Below, one piece after another: positions 26,100-35,509 of a stretch of 64,000 nt of DNA. Position 1 is the first letter of the stretch; the number at the start of each line of letters is the position of its first letter. This DNA comes from an uncultured Bacilli bacterium (GTDB lineage: Bacteria > Bacillota_I > Bacilli_A > RF39 > UBA660). The DNA is taken from assembly GCA_947626095.1 (NCBI GenBank), contig CANQQV010000007.1, positions 13,882-77,881 on the forward strand, given 5' to 3'. Position numbers and translations under genes: made by a program. A model generated the notes under the pieces. The model was not told the DNA's origin. It saw only the letters and a list, made by a program, of their open reading frames with translations, and made no database searches.

Positions 26100-29000
26100 C
26101 TATTTAAATGCCAATCTATAATATTGTGTACTTTCAACAGGTTCCCATATGTTCTTAGCGGTTCCTGTTTCAATATAATCTATCCAACGACAGTTACCTG
26201 AAGCAATTTTGTTCTTCAATTCTTCCTTAGCAGAATCTGAATTAGAAGAAACTATTTCACAAACATTATTTTCACTTCTCATATTACTTAAATTATTTGT
26301 TCCAGCAGAAGCACCTGTTGAACTAAATAAGTCATTAAAGTTCTCTAAGAAATTACTTCCATAATGACCAAAGTTAGCAATGTAATTGTTCATATCATCT
26401 TCTTGATCACTAGTTGCAAACCAAGAACAACTTGAAGGATCATCACAAGAACCTAATGGTTGAATAGAAGCACGACCATAAATAGTCAAGTTATCGAAAT
26501 TAACTTCATAACCATATCTATCATTATAATCTCTTATAGCAGCTAAAGTTGTAGGTCTAAGTTCAAATGAATACTCTGGAGTAGTACCACCATCATTCAA
26601 ATAAACTTTTTCACCTTGTTCTTCAATTTCCTTCAAGGCAACTTCACCTTTATTAGTAATTAACTTATTACCGCCATAATAGAATACACCCCTATTAGTC
26701 CAGTTATTTCCAAGTTCTCTATCTGTAGGACTATTCAAGTCAGATAACGCTACAGTAGTTGTATATAGTCCAAGTGTACCTCTAGCTTTATCATACTCAG
26801 TTTCCCTATTGAAATCATAATCAAATCCAACAGAACTTGCAAACTCTTGCGCAGTTGTCTCAGTTTCAGAAGTATAAGTAACAATTGGATCACCACAACA
26901 TAAGCAAATATCTTCAACTACCTCATAGAAACACGTTCGTTTATTTTGTGGAATCAATGCCTCTGCATCACCCATGACTCGACCGAGCTGTCCATCACTA
27001 TAACTACCAATTTGTGTAAACTGATAAGTATATCTATATAAGTTTCGTGCCGTAGTCATACTTACTGGGAAGATATTTAAATTACCTTCAATATCTCTAT
27101 CATCACCAGTCATCGTACCACTGAATACCGACCAACCTTTTTTAGCCTTATCGGAGCGATCAGTATAACTAGGTCCGCCTTCACGTTTAGCAGCATTATC
27201 CCATGCATCCTCTAAATCATCACCATGTTCACGCGTATCATTTGGTCCAGTATACCAAATACCTTTATTTCGATAGAAACTACTATTAGTAATCGAAGCT
27301 TTAATATAATGAGCTTTAAAATAAGAAACATTAAAGCTATAACATTTTCCACCTTCCCATCGTGGAACACGCTCAGAAATTTGGAAAGTATAAGCATCAC
27401 CATTCTTATTATATCCAGTTCCAGTACCAGCAATTTCTCGACCAATAGAACATAAAGTTATAAGTTTAGTTACTACATGTTCTGAACCAGCATTATTTTT
27501 GATAGAAAGTGGCTTATTATCTTTATAAAATTCAGTACCTTCACCATACTTTTTGATTAAATCATCATCCATCCAAGGTCCATCTTCAGGGTCATAATAA
27601 GCAAATTCAAGATAGTTTCTTGCCAGTTTAACTGGTGTATCAGGTGTTTCTTCACAAGCTTCTTCACCAACCGCCAGTTCACAAGGATCTGTAAATCCAA
27701 CATAAGCATCTACCATCTTATTTGTACTCTTATTAAATCCTTCAGTAATACCCTCTTTTAAGAAGAATTTATCATTTAACTGATCATATTGAATTAAAAT
27801 ATTATCATCTTGCAATATAGTCATATAAAGTTTTTCATCATAATCATAAGAAACAAAAGGTTCAAACATTGTTAAGATTTGCATGAATGTCTTTGTACCA
27901 GTAAATGATGATTTATCAGTACTAGCTGGATTATTCGCTTTACCATTAGCATCATCGGTAGCATTATTTAATTCAAAGTGTTGACAATTCCAGAATTGTT
28001 CATACTTATTATTAATTATGTTCGCCGCACTAGTCATCTTCTGATAAGCAGGGCTCATTATAGCTTCACTTGCTGCTTTCATTTTATCAGAAAGATTCGT
28101 AAATGCAGTTTGCTTATTGGTATCAGTATTACCAAGATAACATCCATCAGCAGAAGTTGTTGGATTTTCCCCAGCTGTTTGACCATCATAACCAGCAGAA
28201 GTAGGTTTTGATGTAAATGTACAAGCAGTTCCAGATACCTTATCTTGCGAATAATCAGGTTTAGTAGGCGTTTTAACTGGATCGGAAGTAACATTATCAG
28301 TTACAGTGTAATTATTGTATGATCCTTGTCTTTCATCTCCATCACCTTGGAACTTCATATTCAATGATAATTCATAATGGCCATATCGAGTTGTATCGTT
28401 ATTATCAGATCTTATATTTTGAAGCGTACATTCCCAGTCACTATCTTCAGATTCATCTTCCTCTGTATCTTCATCATCTTCAACTTCATTATAAGTCCAT
28501 TGTAAACATCCTGAATCAGGAACAAACACTAATTTATCAGATGTATAATCTTGATCATCTATATCCGTATAAGCATGCGAAGCATTACTATATGTATTAT
28601 AGTTATTAACCATTATTTTAGACTGTTCAACCAAATCTCTCATAAATAAGTCATAATCAAGATACGTAGTATAACATGTACGACCACCTTGAATAAATAA
28701 ATTATTATTAGCATTTTGGAAGAATTTACCAGCTAAAACAGCATTTTTACCAACGAAGTTACCAAATGCTTCCATTGTAATTACCCAGTCTTCACGACAT
28801 GATACTTGACAATATTCATTACCTTGATAAGATGCAACCATTATCGAATTACCACGATCATCTTCTTTTTGATATACTGAAAGATCTCTCTCTGCATCTA
28901 CATCAGCTGCATAATTATCTTTAACATTAACAACACAAGTACCTATTGCTTCCGTGTACTTCTCCTCTGTACCAGTATAATAAGCACCTTCCTTTACCTC

Positions 29001-31952
29001 ATATAAATCAGGTGAGCCAGCATAATCAGCTCTATAGCTACATACACTAGACATTGTTGAAACAGAGCAATCTCCATTACAAACGTTTTTCATAACATAT
29101 TGATATGAAACCTCGTCTAAAACATTACTACAGCATCCAGATGCTTTAAACAATGATTTATTGAATGATGATGGGCAATGATCTTCATCAGTACATTGTG
29201 TATAATCTAAACTTTCAAGTTTAGAACATATTGAAGGTCCACCATCTATATTAAAGTAAATAAATGTTGAATCACTATTTAAATCAAAGACAAGCATTCT
29301 TTGCTTAGAAGCACTACCAGCATATGGATTTCCTATACGTATACTTGAATAGTCAATACCACCTTCATACTTAATTTCTAAAGCATATTGTTCTTCTTCT
29401 TGTCTATTTTTAGGTAATGTAACAGCTTTAGCATCAGTAACTTCTATTTTTACTTCATAATCATATACTTCTTGTAATGGATCGGTTGTAGATTTATCGG
29501 TATTTTTTTCCATCTTAACTAAAGTACCTTTAACTCCTTGAACAACACCAGTATCATCGTCAGGATGTGGAAGATATTGATAATTAGAAGTATTACCCAT
29601 AGTTAATCGTGTATTGACAGGCAATGTCATAGTTCCTTTGTAAACAATCGTATAACTATTTCCATCATCACCAAAAGTTATATCTTTACTATCAATTGTT
29701 CTTTGGAAGGCACCACCTTCTTCAAATTTATAATTTTTGTATTTAATAAACATTTCAATTAAATAAGTACGAGCCTGTGGACTTTCAGTAACACCAAATG
29801 CATCAACAGCTGAAGTTATAGCGCTTTTAAATTCACTATTGTCTTCAAGCATATTGCCATTAGCATCTTGGTAAGCAGGATTTTCATAAATTTCCTTTAG
29901 TTTTTGGGCTAATTCTTCATAAGATAGATAGTGTTCATAATAAGCTTGATCACTATATTCTGTAACACCACTATATCCATTTATTAAAACAACAGTACGA
30001 ATAGCAACGTGTGCTGCTAATCTAACTGGATCAGTAACAGTGTCAAAATCAGCCTTACTAGAATGCTTATTAATATAGTCAATAATTACACCAATCATTT
30101 TACCTAAGTCAGAATCTTGATTAACATGTTCAGTTATATCATATTTATCGTCAGAAGGCCCCACACGACCAGGATCCATACATAAAGCAAAATACTTAAT
30201 GCTTTCATTATCAACACATCTAGCAATATAGTTATTACTATTTAAGTCATCATTAATTCCAGTTCTAACAGTATGACCTTCTGAATCTGTTTGTGCTTTT
30301 ATTTTAACTACATCACACATTTTATGTTCAAAGTCATTCAAGGCATAAGAGTTGTTTTCACCAGAAACGATATTTGCATCAACATCAATTACAAATGAAC
30401 CGTCACCAGCTTCAGAATTAACTCCAATATCTCGTACTTCAAATTTATAAACAAGATTTCTGGTTTCACCATCTTCTTGAACTGTAACATTAACATCAAT
30501 ATATTCACCAGAACCAGTAGGTGAATTACCAGCAACAAAACATTGGTTATTTATGAAACTAGCATCTAAGTTAGTAGCCGTTCCACTCTTAGCACAACCA
30601 ACCATTCCTGGAACAGATAAGTAAGTATGCTGACCAACATAAACTGATTTATATCTATCTCTTTCTCTTACAGTTCTTTTATATTGTGCTGCATAATACG
30701 CACCTTCAGTCACCGAGACTGGTCTACCTGGTTCAAGAAGCTCTCCAGAACCATTTTTTAACCAACCAAGGAATTCAGTATCTTGACCAAGTACAGTACT
30801 ATTGTTTACAACATTTGGTAAAGTAAATGTACTTCCTGTACCTCTACAGAAATATTCACCATTATCAGTTTGCGTACATTGACTTGTATCAGATAATTCA
30901 AAAGGTGTATTAATATTTGTTAATCTAACACCATCAGAATATACATAACAAGCTACATATATACCACTATCAGGTGCAACAGAAGCGCCAGGAGCAACAA
31001 CCGTTTTTCCACCTTCTGCACATTCACCTACATGCTGATAAGCAGGATCGTTTCTATTTCTTCCATCAGGAACCTTTGTCCAACCTCTAAATTCTATAGG
31101 TAAAGGTGAAGAATTCGGAGAACAGCTAGGTAACGTAACATTTCCACTTGTTACACTTACATAATAGTTGTGAGTACTACCAAACGATACAGCTCGCCAA
31201 TTCGAATCAAAACTACAAGTACCATAACCACCTGGATAAGCATTAACACCACCTGTATAACTTATTTGAAAATCTAATGTTACTGATTTTTCATCAATAC
31301 CATCAGCAGTAAATACAGCTTGAGTTTGAGCCGTAAAATTTTGGCCTTGATTTAATGCTGCATCTGTAGGTGTGACAACACAAACAGTATCACCAGGGCA
31401 CCCACTCCAATCAACATATCTTTCACTATTAGAATCTTTAGTTAAAGACTTAATTCTTACATTTCTTACATTAAATCTAACTGCTATTAAATTAGCAATA
31501 TTTTGACTAGGTTTATTGACCACTTCACCATTTATACTACCATTAAGTGGTACAGTTATTCTAGTAGGATCATTTGGTTCATAATGATAATGATAAGTAC
31601 GATGACTACCTTCATGTTCATAAGCAGGATTAGTTCTTTCACCACTCCAAGAACATGTTACATAATCATCAATAACAACTCCAGAAGGCTCAATAAGATT
31701 CCTAATTACAAAAGCATAATACGATTCTCCACCAACCGTATAATTTTCTCTTTGTATTACTAATGCCTTCAATCGTCCATCCGGAACTAAATCTGGATCT
31801 GGAACACATTCAAGGTCTATATATCTTTCAGAGCTTAATTTTACACCACTGCCATTAAATGAAAAATCATCTGTGGCCATAGCTGGACCAATAGCTACTA
31901 CAAAAGAAATTATTATAAATAGGATATATTTTCTAATATTACTAATCTTCAT
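26100..31952 (-). CDS. Giant secreted Cys-rich protein of unknown function (candidate pilus-associated adhesin or substrate)
   Basis: 1950 aa. Signal peptide ILFIIISFVVAIGPAMA/TDD. About 44 Cys by my count. No LPXTG, no C-terminal TM, and no obvious internal repeats or catalytic motifs. The start shares a base with the upstream stop (TAATG). Confidence 0.7.
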   Translation of the reverse strand: MKISNIRKYILFIIISFVVAIGPAMATDDFSFNGSGVKLSSERYIDLECVPDPDLVPDGRLKALVIQRENYTVGGESYYAFVIRNLIEPSGVVIDDYVTCSWSGERTNPAYEHEGSHRTYHYHYEPNDPTRITVPLNGSINGEVVNKPSQNIANLIAVRFNVRNVRIKSLTKDSNSERYVDWSGCPGDTVCVVTPTDAALNQGQNFTAQTQAVFTADGIDEKSVTLDFQISYTGGVNAYPGGYGTCSFDSNWRAVSFGSTHNYYVSVTSGNVTLPSCSPNSSPLPIEFRGWTKVPDGRNRNDPAYQHVGECAEGGKTVVAPGASVAPDSGIYVACYVYSDGVRLTNINTPFELSDTSQCTQTDNGEYFCRGTGSTFTLPNVVNNSTVLGQDTEFLGWLKNGSGELLEPGRPVSVTEGAYYAAQYKRTVRERDRYKSVYVGQHTYLSVPGMVGCAKSGTATNLDASFINNQCFVAGNSPTGSGEYIDVNVTVQEDGETRNLVYKFEVRDIGVNSEAGDGSFVIDVDANIVSGENNSYALNDFEHKMCDVVKIKAQTDSEGHTVRTGINDDLNSNNYIARCVDNESIKYFALCMDPGRVGPSDDKYDITEHVNQDSDLGKMIGVIIDYINKHSSKADFDTVTDPVRLAAHVAIRTVVLINGYSGVTEYSDQAYYEHYLSYEELAQKLKEIYENPAYQDANGNMLEDNSEFKSAITSAVDAFGVTESPQARTYLIEMFIKYKNYKFEEGGAFQRTIDSKDITFGDDGNSYTIVYKGTMTLPVNTRLTMGNTSNYQYLPHPDDDTGVVQGVKGTLVKMEKNTDKSTTDPLQEVYDYEVKIEVTDAKAVTLPKNRQEEEQYALEIKYEGGIDYSSIRIGNPYAGSASKQRMLVFDLNSDSTFIYFNIDGGPSICSKLESLDYTQCTDEDHCPSSFNKSLFKASGCCSNVLDEVSYQYVMKNVCNGDCSVSTMSSVCSYRADYAGSPDLYEVKEGAYYTGTEEKYTEAIGTCVVNVKDNYAADVDAERDLSVYQKEDDRGNSIMVASYQGNEYCQVSCREDWVITMEAFGNFVGKNAVLAGKFFQNANNNLFIQGGRTCYTTYLDYDLFMRDLVEQSKIMVNNYNTYSNASHAYTDIDDQDYTSDKLVFVPDSGCLQWTYNEVEDDEDTEEDESEDSDWECTLQNIRSDNNDTTRYGHYELSLNMKFQGDGDERQGSYNNYTVTDNVTSDPVKTPTKPDYSQDKVSGTACTFTSKPTSAGYDGQTAGENPTTSADGCYLGNTDTNKQTAFTNLSDKMKAASEAIMSPAYQKMTSAANIINNKYEQFWNCQHFELNNATDDANGKANNPASTDKSSFTGTKTFMQILTMFEPFVSYDYDEKLYMTILQDDNILIQYDQLNDKFFLKEGITEGFNKSTNKMVDAYVGFTDPCELAVGEEACEETPDTPVKLARNYLEFAYYDPEDGPWMDDDLIKKYGEGTEFYKDNKPLSIKNNAGSEHVVTKLITLCSIGREIAGTGTGYNKNGDAYTFQISERVPRWEGGKCYSFNVSYFKAHYIKASITNSSFYRNKGIWYTGPNDTREHGDDLEDAWDNAAKREGGPSYTDRSDKAKKGWSVFSGTMTGDDRDIEGNLNIFPVSMTTARNLYRYTYQFTQIGSYSDGQLGRVMGDAEALIPQNKRTCFYEVVEDICLCCGDPIVTYTSETETTAQEFASSVGFDYDFNRETEYDKARGTLGLYTTTVALSDLNSPTDRELGNNWTNRGVFYYGGNKLITNKGEVALKEIEEQGEKVYLNDGGTTPEYSFELRPTTLAAIRDYNDRYGYEVNFDNLTIYGRASIQPLGSCDDPSSCSWFATSDQEDDMNNYIANFGHYGSNFLENFNDLFSSTGASAGTNNLSNMRSENNVCEIVSSNSDSAKEELKNKIASGNCRWIDYIETGTAKNIWEPVESTQYYRLAFK

Positions 31953-32698
31953 TATAAAACACTCTTCTTTCTTTTAACTATTATCACAGTTATAACAACC
32001 CCGATTGCTACTATAATACCAACAATCAAAAATCTATATTTAGATATACTACTAACTACTTTATTAACGTTGTTCTCGGTTTTATTTTTGTTAGCTTCAT
32101 CAATATTTCCATTAGCTAGTTGCTCTTTATAATCATTTATCCTATCATATACCGTTGCACTATCTATTGAATAACTTGTATATTGCGTACATAGATAATA
32201 ATCAGGAACATCCGAACATATATCCAATTCAGAATATATATTAAATTTAGGAACTGTTAACTTCGTTGTCCTTAACGTCCTACCAGCACATGCTCCATAC
32301 AATGAATATATTTCAAACTGATAATCTACATTAGCATTTAAAGCCTCTTGCTTTAATGAAATTATTCCATCTTGATTAACATGTGTAGGGCCAAATACTT
32401 GAGGGTTTCCGCTTATTCCTTTACCCTGAGGAATAACTCTAACAGCCATCCTATCATTGATATTAAATATTTGGAGATATACATAATGTTTTTTCAAACT
32501 TGCGGCTCCAATTTCTGGATCCTCATCAACAGTAACTACTTCATCTCCCGTTACGTAAGTTACCTTAACGTTCGCTGCTTCACTTCTTAATTCACTTAGA
32601 AGTGTACTAGCACAAACGCCATCTTCCTCTGCTTGTACTTTAACTGTGACAAATAAAGCACATGCAGTCATTAATACAATTAAAAATTTTTTCATCAT
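31952..32698 (-). CDS. Secreted/membrane-anchored protein, first gene of the supercluster
   Basis: 248 aa. Signal peptide (..VKVQA/EEDG), Cys-containing ectodomain, C-terminal TM FLIVGIIVAIGVVITVIIV plus KRKK. Translationally coupled to the giant ORF. Confidence 0.6.
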   Translation of the reverse strand: MMKKFLIVLMTACALFVTVKVQAEEDGVCASTLLSELRSEAANVKVTYVTGDEVVTVDEDPEIGAASLKKHYVYLQIFNINDRMAVRVIPQGKGISGNPQVFGPTHVNQDGIISLKQEALNANVDYQFEIYSLYGACAGRTLRTTKLTVPKFNIYSELDICSDVPDYYLCTQYTSYSIDSATVYDRINDYKEQLANGNIDEANKNKTENNVNKVVSSISKYRFLIVGIIVAIGVVITVIIVKRKKSVL

Positions 32699-32807
32699 AA
32701 AGCACCAACCTTATTTTCTAAATATAATTTTACCATTAACAATTTAAAATAACAATATTAAATTGAAGAATAATGATGATTATGATATATTATTAATGGT
32801 GATTTTA

Positions 32808-33260
32808 ATGAAGAAAAAAGTTTTAAAAATAGCAGGATTCCTTATAGTAATAGGAGCTATTATAGGTATTCTATATGCTAGTATTGTTTTAAAAGGTCAA
32901 GAAAATGATTTAGATAAACATTTAGTTGAATTAACCTTCAGTGAAGTTCAAGAAAAAATTAATAATAAGGAATCATTTATTCTTTTATTTTCCAAGACCG
33001 ATTGCTCACATTGTGCAGCATTCAAGCCTCCATTTAAACAGGTTTTAGCTAAATATGATATAACTGCCTATGAATTAAAAGTTGATTTACTATCAAAAGA
33101 TGAGAAAAAAGAATTATCAACTATTGCTAACTTTTCTGGTACTCCTACTACAATCTTTATTGTTGATGGCGAAGAAAAAAGTACTTCAACTCGTTTAATT
33201 GGCGAATCAAACGAAGAAAAGATAGAATCAAGATTAAGAGCATTAGGATACATTAAATAA
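32808..33260 (+). CDS. Membrane-anchored thioredoxin-fold protein (CxxC)
   Basis: About 150 aa from the ATG at 32808. N-terminal TM (IAGFLIVIGAIIGILYASIVL), thioredoxin-like motif KTDCSHCAAFKP and a GTPTT cis-Pro loop. Divergent from the supercluster. Confidence 0.7.
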   Translation: MKKKVLKIAGFLIVIGAIIGILYASIVLKGQENDLDKHLVELTFSEVQEKINNKESFILLFSKTDCSHCAAFKPPFKQVLAKYDITAYELKVDLLSKDEKKELSTIANFSGTPTTIFIVDGEEKSTSTRLIGESNEEKIESRLRALGYIK

Positions 33261-33280
33261 AAGAATAAAAGGTGATTAAT

Positions 33281-33979
33281 ATGAAAAAGTTACAAATTAA
33301 TCCAAAAGAACTACTAAAAAGTATAGGCATCTTATGTCTATACTTTTTATTGCAGTTTATTTTGACAATTATCTACTATTTACTTACTGAATTAAAGATT
33401 TTACCTTTTTCCGAAAGTATTGGTAACTTCTTTATTTACATCTTCCTTGCTTCAATTATCTCTCTTACATATATCAAAACTTTAATTAAAGATTTTAAAG
33501 ACTTTAAAAAGAATTATAAAACCATTTTAAAAATATCATTTAATTATTGGTTAAAAGGCCTATTTATTTCATATATTGGTAGCTTATTAATTATGATGTT
33601 TAAACTCGAAGAAGTAAATAATCAAACAGCTGTCATCTCTATTCTTAAAGAAAACTTCTTCTTAACTTCTTTTATGACTATCATTCTTGCTCCTTTAACT
33701 GAAGAATTATTCTTTAGAAGAGGTTTAAGAAAATTTACCGAAAACAAACATCTTTATGCCTTTACTTCTGGTTTACTATTCGGTGGTATTCATATAATTT
33801 CTTCTATTAATGGTTTTAGTGACCTACCAATGTTACTTTATTTAATTCCTTATAGTTCATTAGGTGTAGCCTTTGGTTATGCTTATTATAAAACCGATAA
33901 CATCTATGGCTCAATGACGATACATGCTATCCATAATGCTATAAGTATTATTCTTATGATCTTAGGAGGTAATTTATGA
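33281..33979 (+). CDS. CPBP-family intramembrane glutamic endopeptidase (CAAX protease/Abi)
   Basis: Motifs LTEELFFRRGL, FGGIHIISS and MTIHAIHNAI in a polytopic membrane protein. Confidence 0.8.
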   Translation: MKKLQINPKELLKSIGILCLYFLLQFILTIIYYLLTELKILPFSESIGNFFIYIFLASIISLTYIKTLIKDFKDFKKNYKTILKISFNYWLKGLFISYIGSLLIMMFKLEEVNNQTAVISILKENFFLTSFMTIILAPLTEELFFRRGLRKFTENKHLYAFTSGLLFGGIHIISSINGFSDLPMLLYLIPYSSLGVAFGYAYYKTDNIYGSMTIHAIHNAISIILMILGGNL

Positions 33980-34947
33980 GTGAAGATAAAGATAAACGTA
34001 TGAGTAGATACGAAAAAAAAGATCAAGATAAAATCAAAGAAATTGAAACAACGAAAAAGGAAGAACAAGAAACACCTGAAGAAGAACATCACAAACTACT
34101 CGATTCTAAACCCAAAAAAGTATTCTTTGCTATTATCTTATTCCTTATTATTATATGCATTTATGCTTCTACTTTTGGTGTTTCAATAATTGATGTTAAA
34201 GAATCTAAAGTCGAATCTAATCTATTACCTGATTCATTTCATGGTCTAAAGATTGTTCATTTTTCTGATTTACACTACGGTACTAGTATTAATAAAAAAC
34301 AATTAGATCGTGTTATCAAAAAAATAAACCAAATAAATCCTGATATTATCTTCTTTACTGGTGATCTAGTTGATAAAAATATCGTTATTACTGATACTAT
34401 TAAACAAGAAATAATAACTTCCTTAAACCAATTAAATAAAGACACTTATAAATACGCTATATATGGTAATGAAGACGATAATACCTATAAAGAAATAATT
34501 GAATCAACTAATTTTACGCTTTTAGATAACGAATCAACCTTATTATATTATAAAGATATAACACCAATAATGATAACTGGCTTTAATTCTAATACTAAAC
34601 CCGATTATACAATCTTAACTAATAATATTGATGACGTTGATACCTCATCATTATATAAAGTAGTCTTAATCCACGAACCAGATACCATCGATAACTTCAC
34701 CGATTATAATCCTAACCTTGTCTTATCTGGTCATTCCTTAGGTGGTTTAATCAATCTACCATTAATCAAATCATTATTTCTACCAGCTAATGGAAAAAAA
34801 TATTATAAAGACTATTATAATATCAACGACATTGATTTCTATATATCTAATGGCTTAGGAACAACTGGTATTAAAGCTCGTTTAAATAATCATCCATCTA
34901 TTAATTTCTATCGCTTATATAAAACAGAAGAAGTACTAAATTCATAG
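33976..34947 (+). CDS. Membrane-anchored metallophosphoesterase (calcineurin-like, YkuE-like)
   Basis: 323 aa. N-terminal TM, then VHFSDLHYG, FFTGDLVDK, IYGNEDDN and LSGHSLGG. ATGA overlap with the CPBP gene. Confidence 0.75.
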   Translation: MSEDKDKRMSRYEKKDQDKIKEIETTKKEEQETPEEEHHKLLDSKPKKVFFAIILFLIIICIYASTFGVSIIDVKESKVESNLLPDSFHGLKIVHFSDLHYGTSINKKQLDRVIKKINQINPDIIFFTGDLVDKNIVITDTIKQEIITSLNQLNKDTYKYAIYGNEDDNTYKEIIESTNFTLLDNESTLLYYKDITPIMITGFNSNTKPDYTILTNNIDDVDTSSLYKVVLIHEPDTIDNFTDYNPNLVLSGHSLGGLINLPLIKSLFLPANGKKYYKDYYNINDIDFYISNGLGTTGIKARLNNHPSINFYRLYKTEEVLNS

Positions 34948-34955
34948 TACTTCTT

Positions 34956-35387
34956 TTATAAACATTCAACGTAAGTATCAGTTAAACATCTAAGACAACA
35001 AACACAGCCTAAATCCATTGTAAATACTGAATTAGTTGCCACAAATGGATATATACTTGTTGGATCAGGATTATCTTGTAATACTCTAAATGTACAACAA
35101 TTTCCTTCAATCTTTTCTACTCTAAAGACATTAGAACAAGTTGTTCCTCCATCACAAGTAGCTGTTGAATCTTTAGTAACTGGCATACTCCAAGGTACAC
35201 TATTACTTCCACAAGTATATATCATAACTGGTCTTGTATTACAAACTAAGCAAGATGGCCCACCACCTAACATTGGTCGATCGCAAGAATCTAAACAACT
35301 ATCAACACAAGCATTTTGTTGTAAGACAAGAATAACACTTAATATTTCGGCTAAACAATTACTTTCACTATTACCATTATTACACAT
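34956..35387 (-). CDS. CotZ/CotY-like cysteine-rich spore coat/exosporium family protein
   Basis: About 143 aa. NCLAEILSVILVLQ.., FRVEKIEGNCCTFRVL and FTMDLGCVCCLRCL match my recollection of B. subtilis CotZ (FRVERVHGSCATLSLL, IEVDLDCFCAINCL). Confidence 0.6.
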   Translation of the reverse strand: MCNNGNSESNCLAEILSVILVLQQNACVDSCLDSCDRPMLGGGPSCLVCNTRPVMIYTCGSNSVPWSMPVTKDSTATCDGGTTCSNVFRVEKIEGNCCTFRVLQDNPDPTSIYPFVATNSVFTMDLGCVCCLRCLTDTYVECL

Positions 35388-35509
35388 ATATCTCACCCTT
35401 TCATATATCTCACTATTAATTTATGTTTGTTTTAAAAAATAGTGCTAATTTGTAAATACTTTTATTTTTTAAAAAGATATAGTATAATAAACTAACAGGT
35501 GATAAAAAA

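Noticed and set aside
27212-32590. Short ORFs inside or antisense to the giant ORF and its 248-aa neighbour (27212-27445, 27225-27455, 27978-28211, 28079-28294, 28319-28609, 31503-31763, 32372-32590)
   Set aside because: They are embedded in a continuous 5.85-kb reading frame or its upstream partner. Their translations are I/L/S/Y-rich, typical of off-frame AT-rich sequence.
2790-32807. Interpretation of the supercluster as a classical integrative conjugative element
   Set aside because: I could find no integrase or recombinase, relaxase, replication or partition gene, tRNA target, or flanking direct repeats in the sequences bordering the cluster (2790-2841 and 32699-32807). This cannot be excluded without sequence outside the window, so it is kept as the refutation test rather than as a call.
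33281-33979. CPBP protease as the missing prepilin peptidase
   Set aside because: CPBP enzymes are glutamic/metallo-type intramembrane proteases with no known role in class III signal peptide cleavage. Prepilin peptidases are A24 aspartyl proteases with GxGD-type motifs, which this ORF lacks. It is retained only as a low-probability hypothesis.
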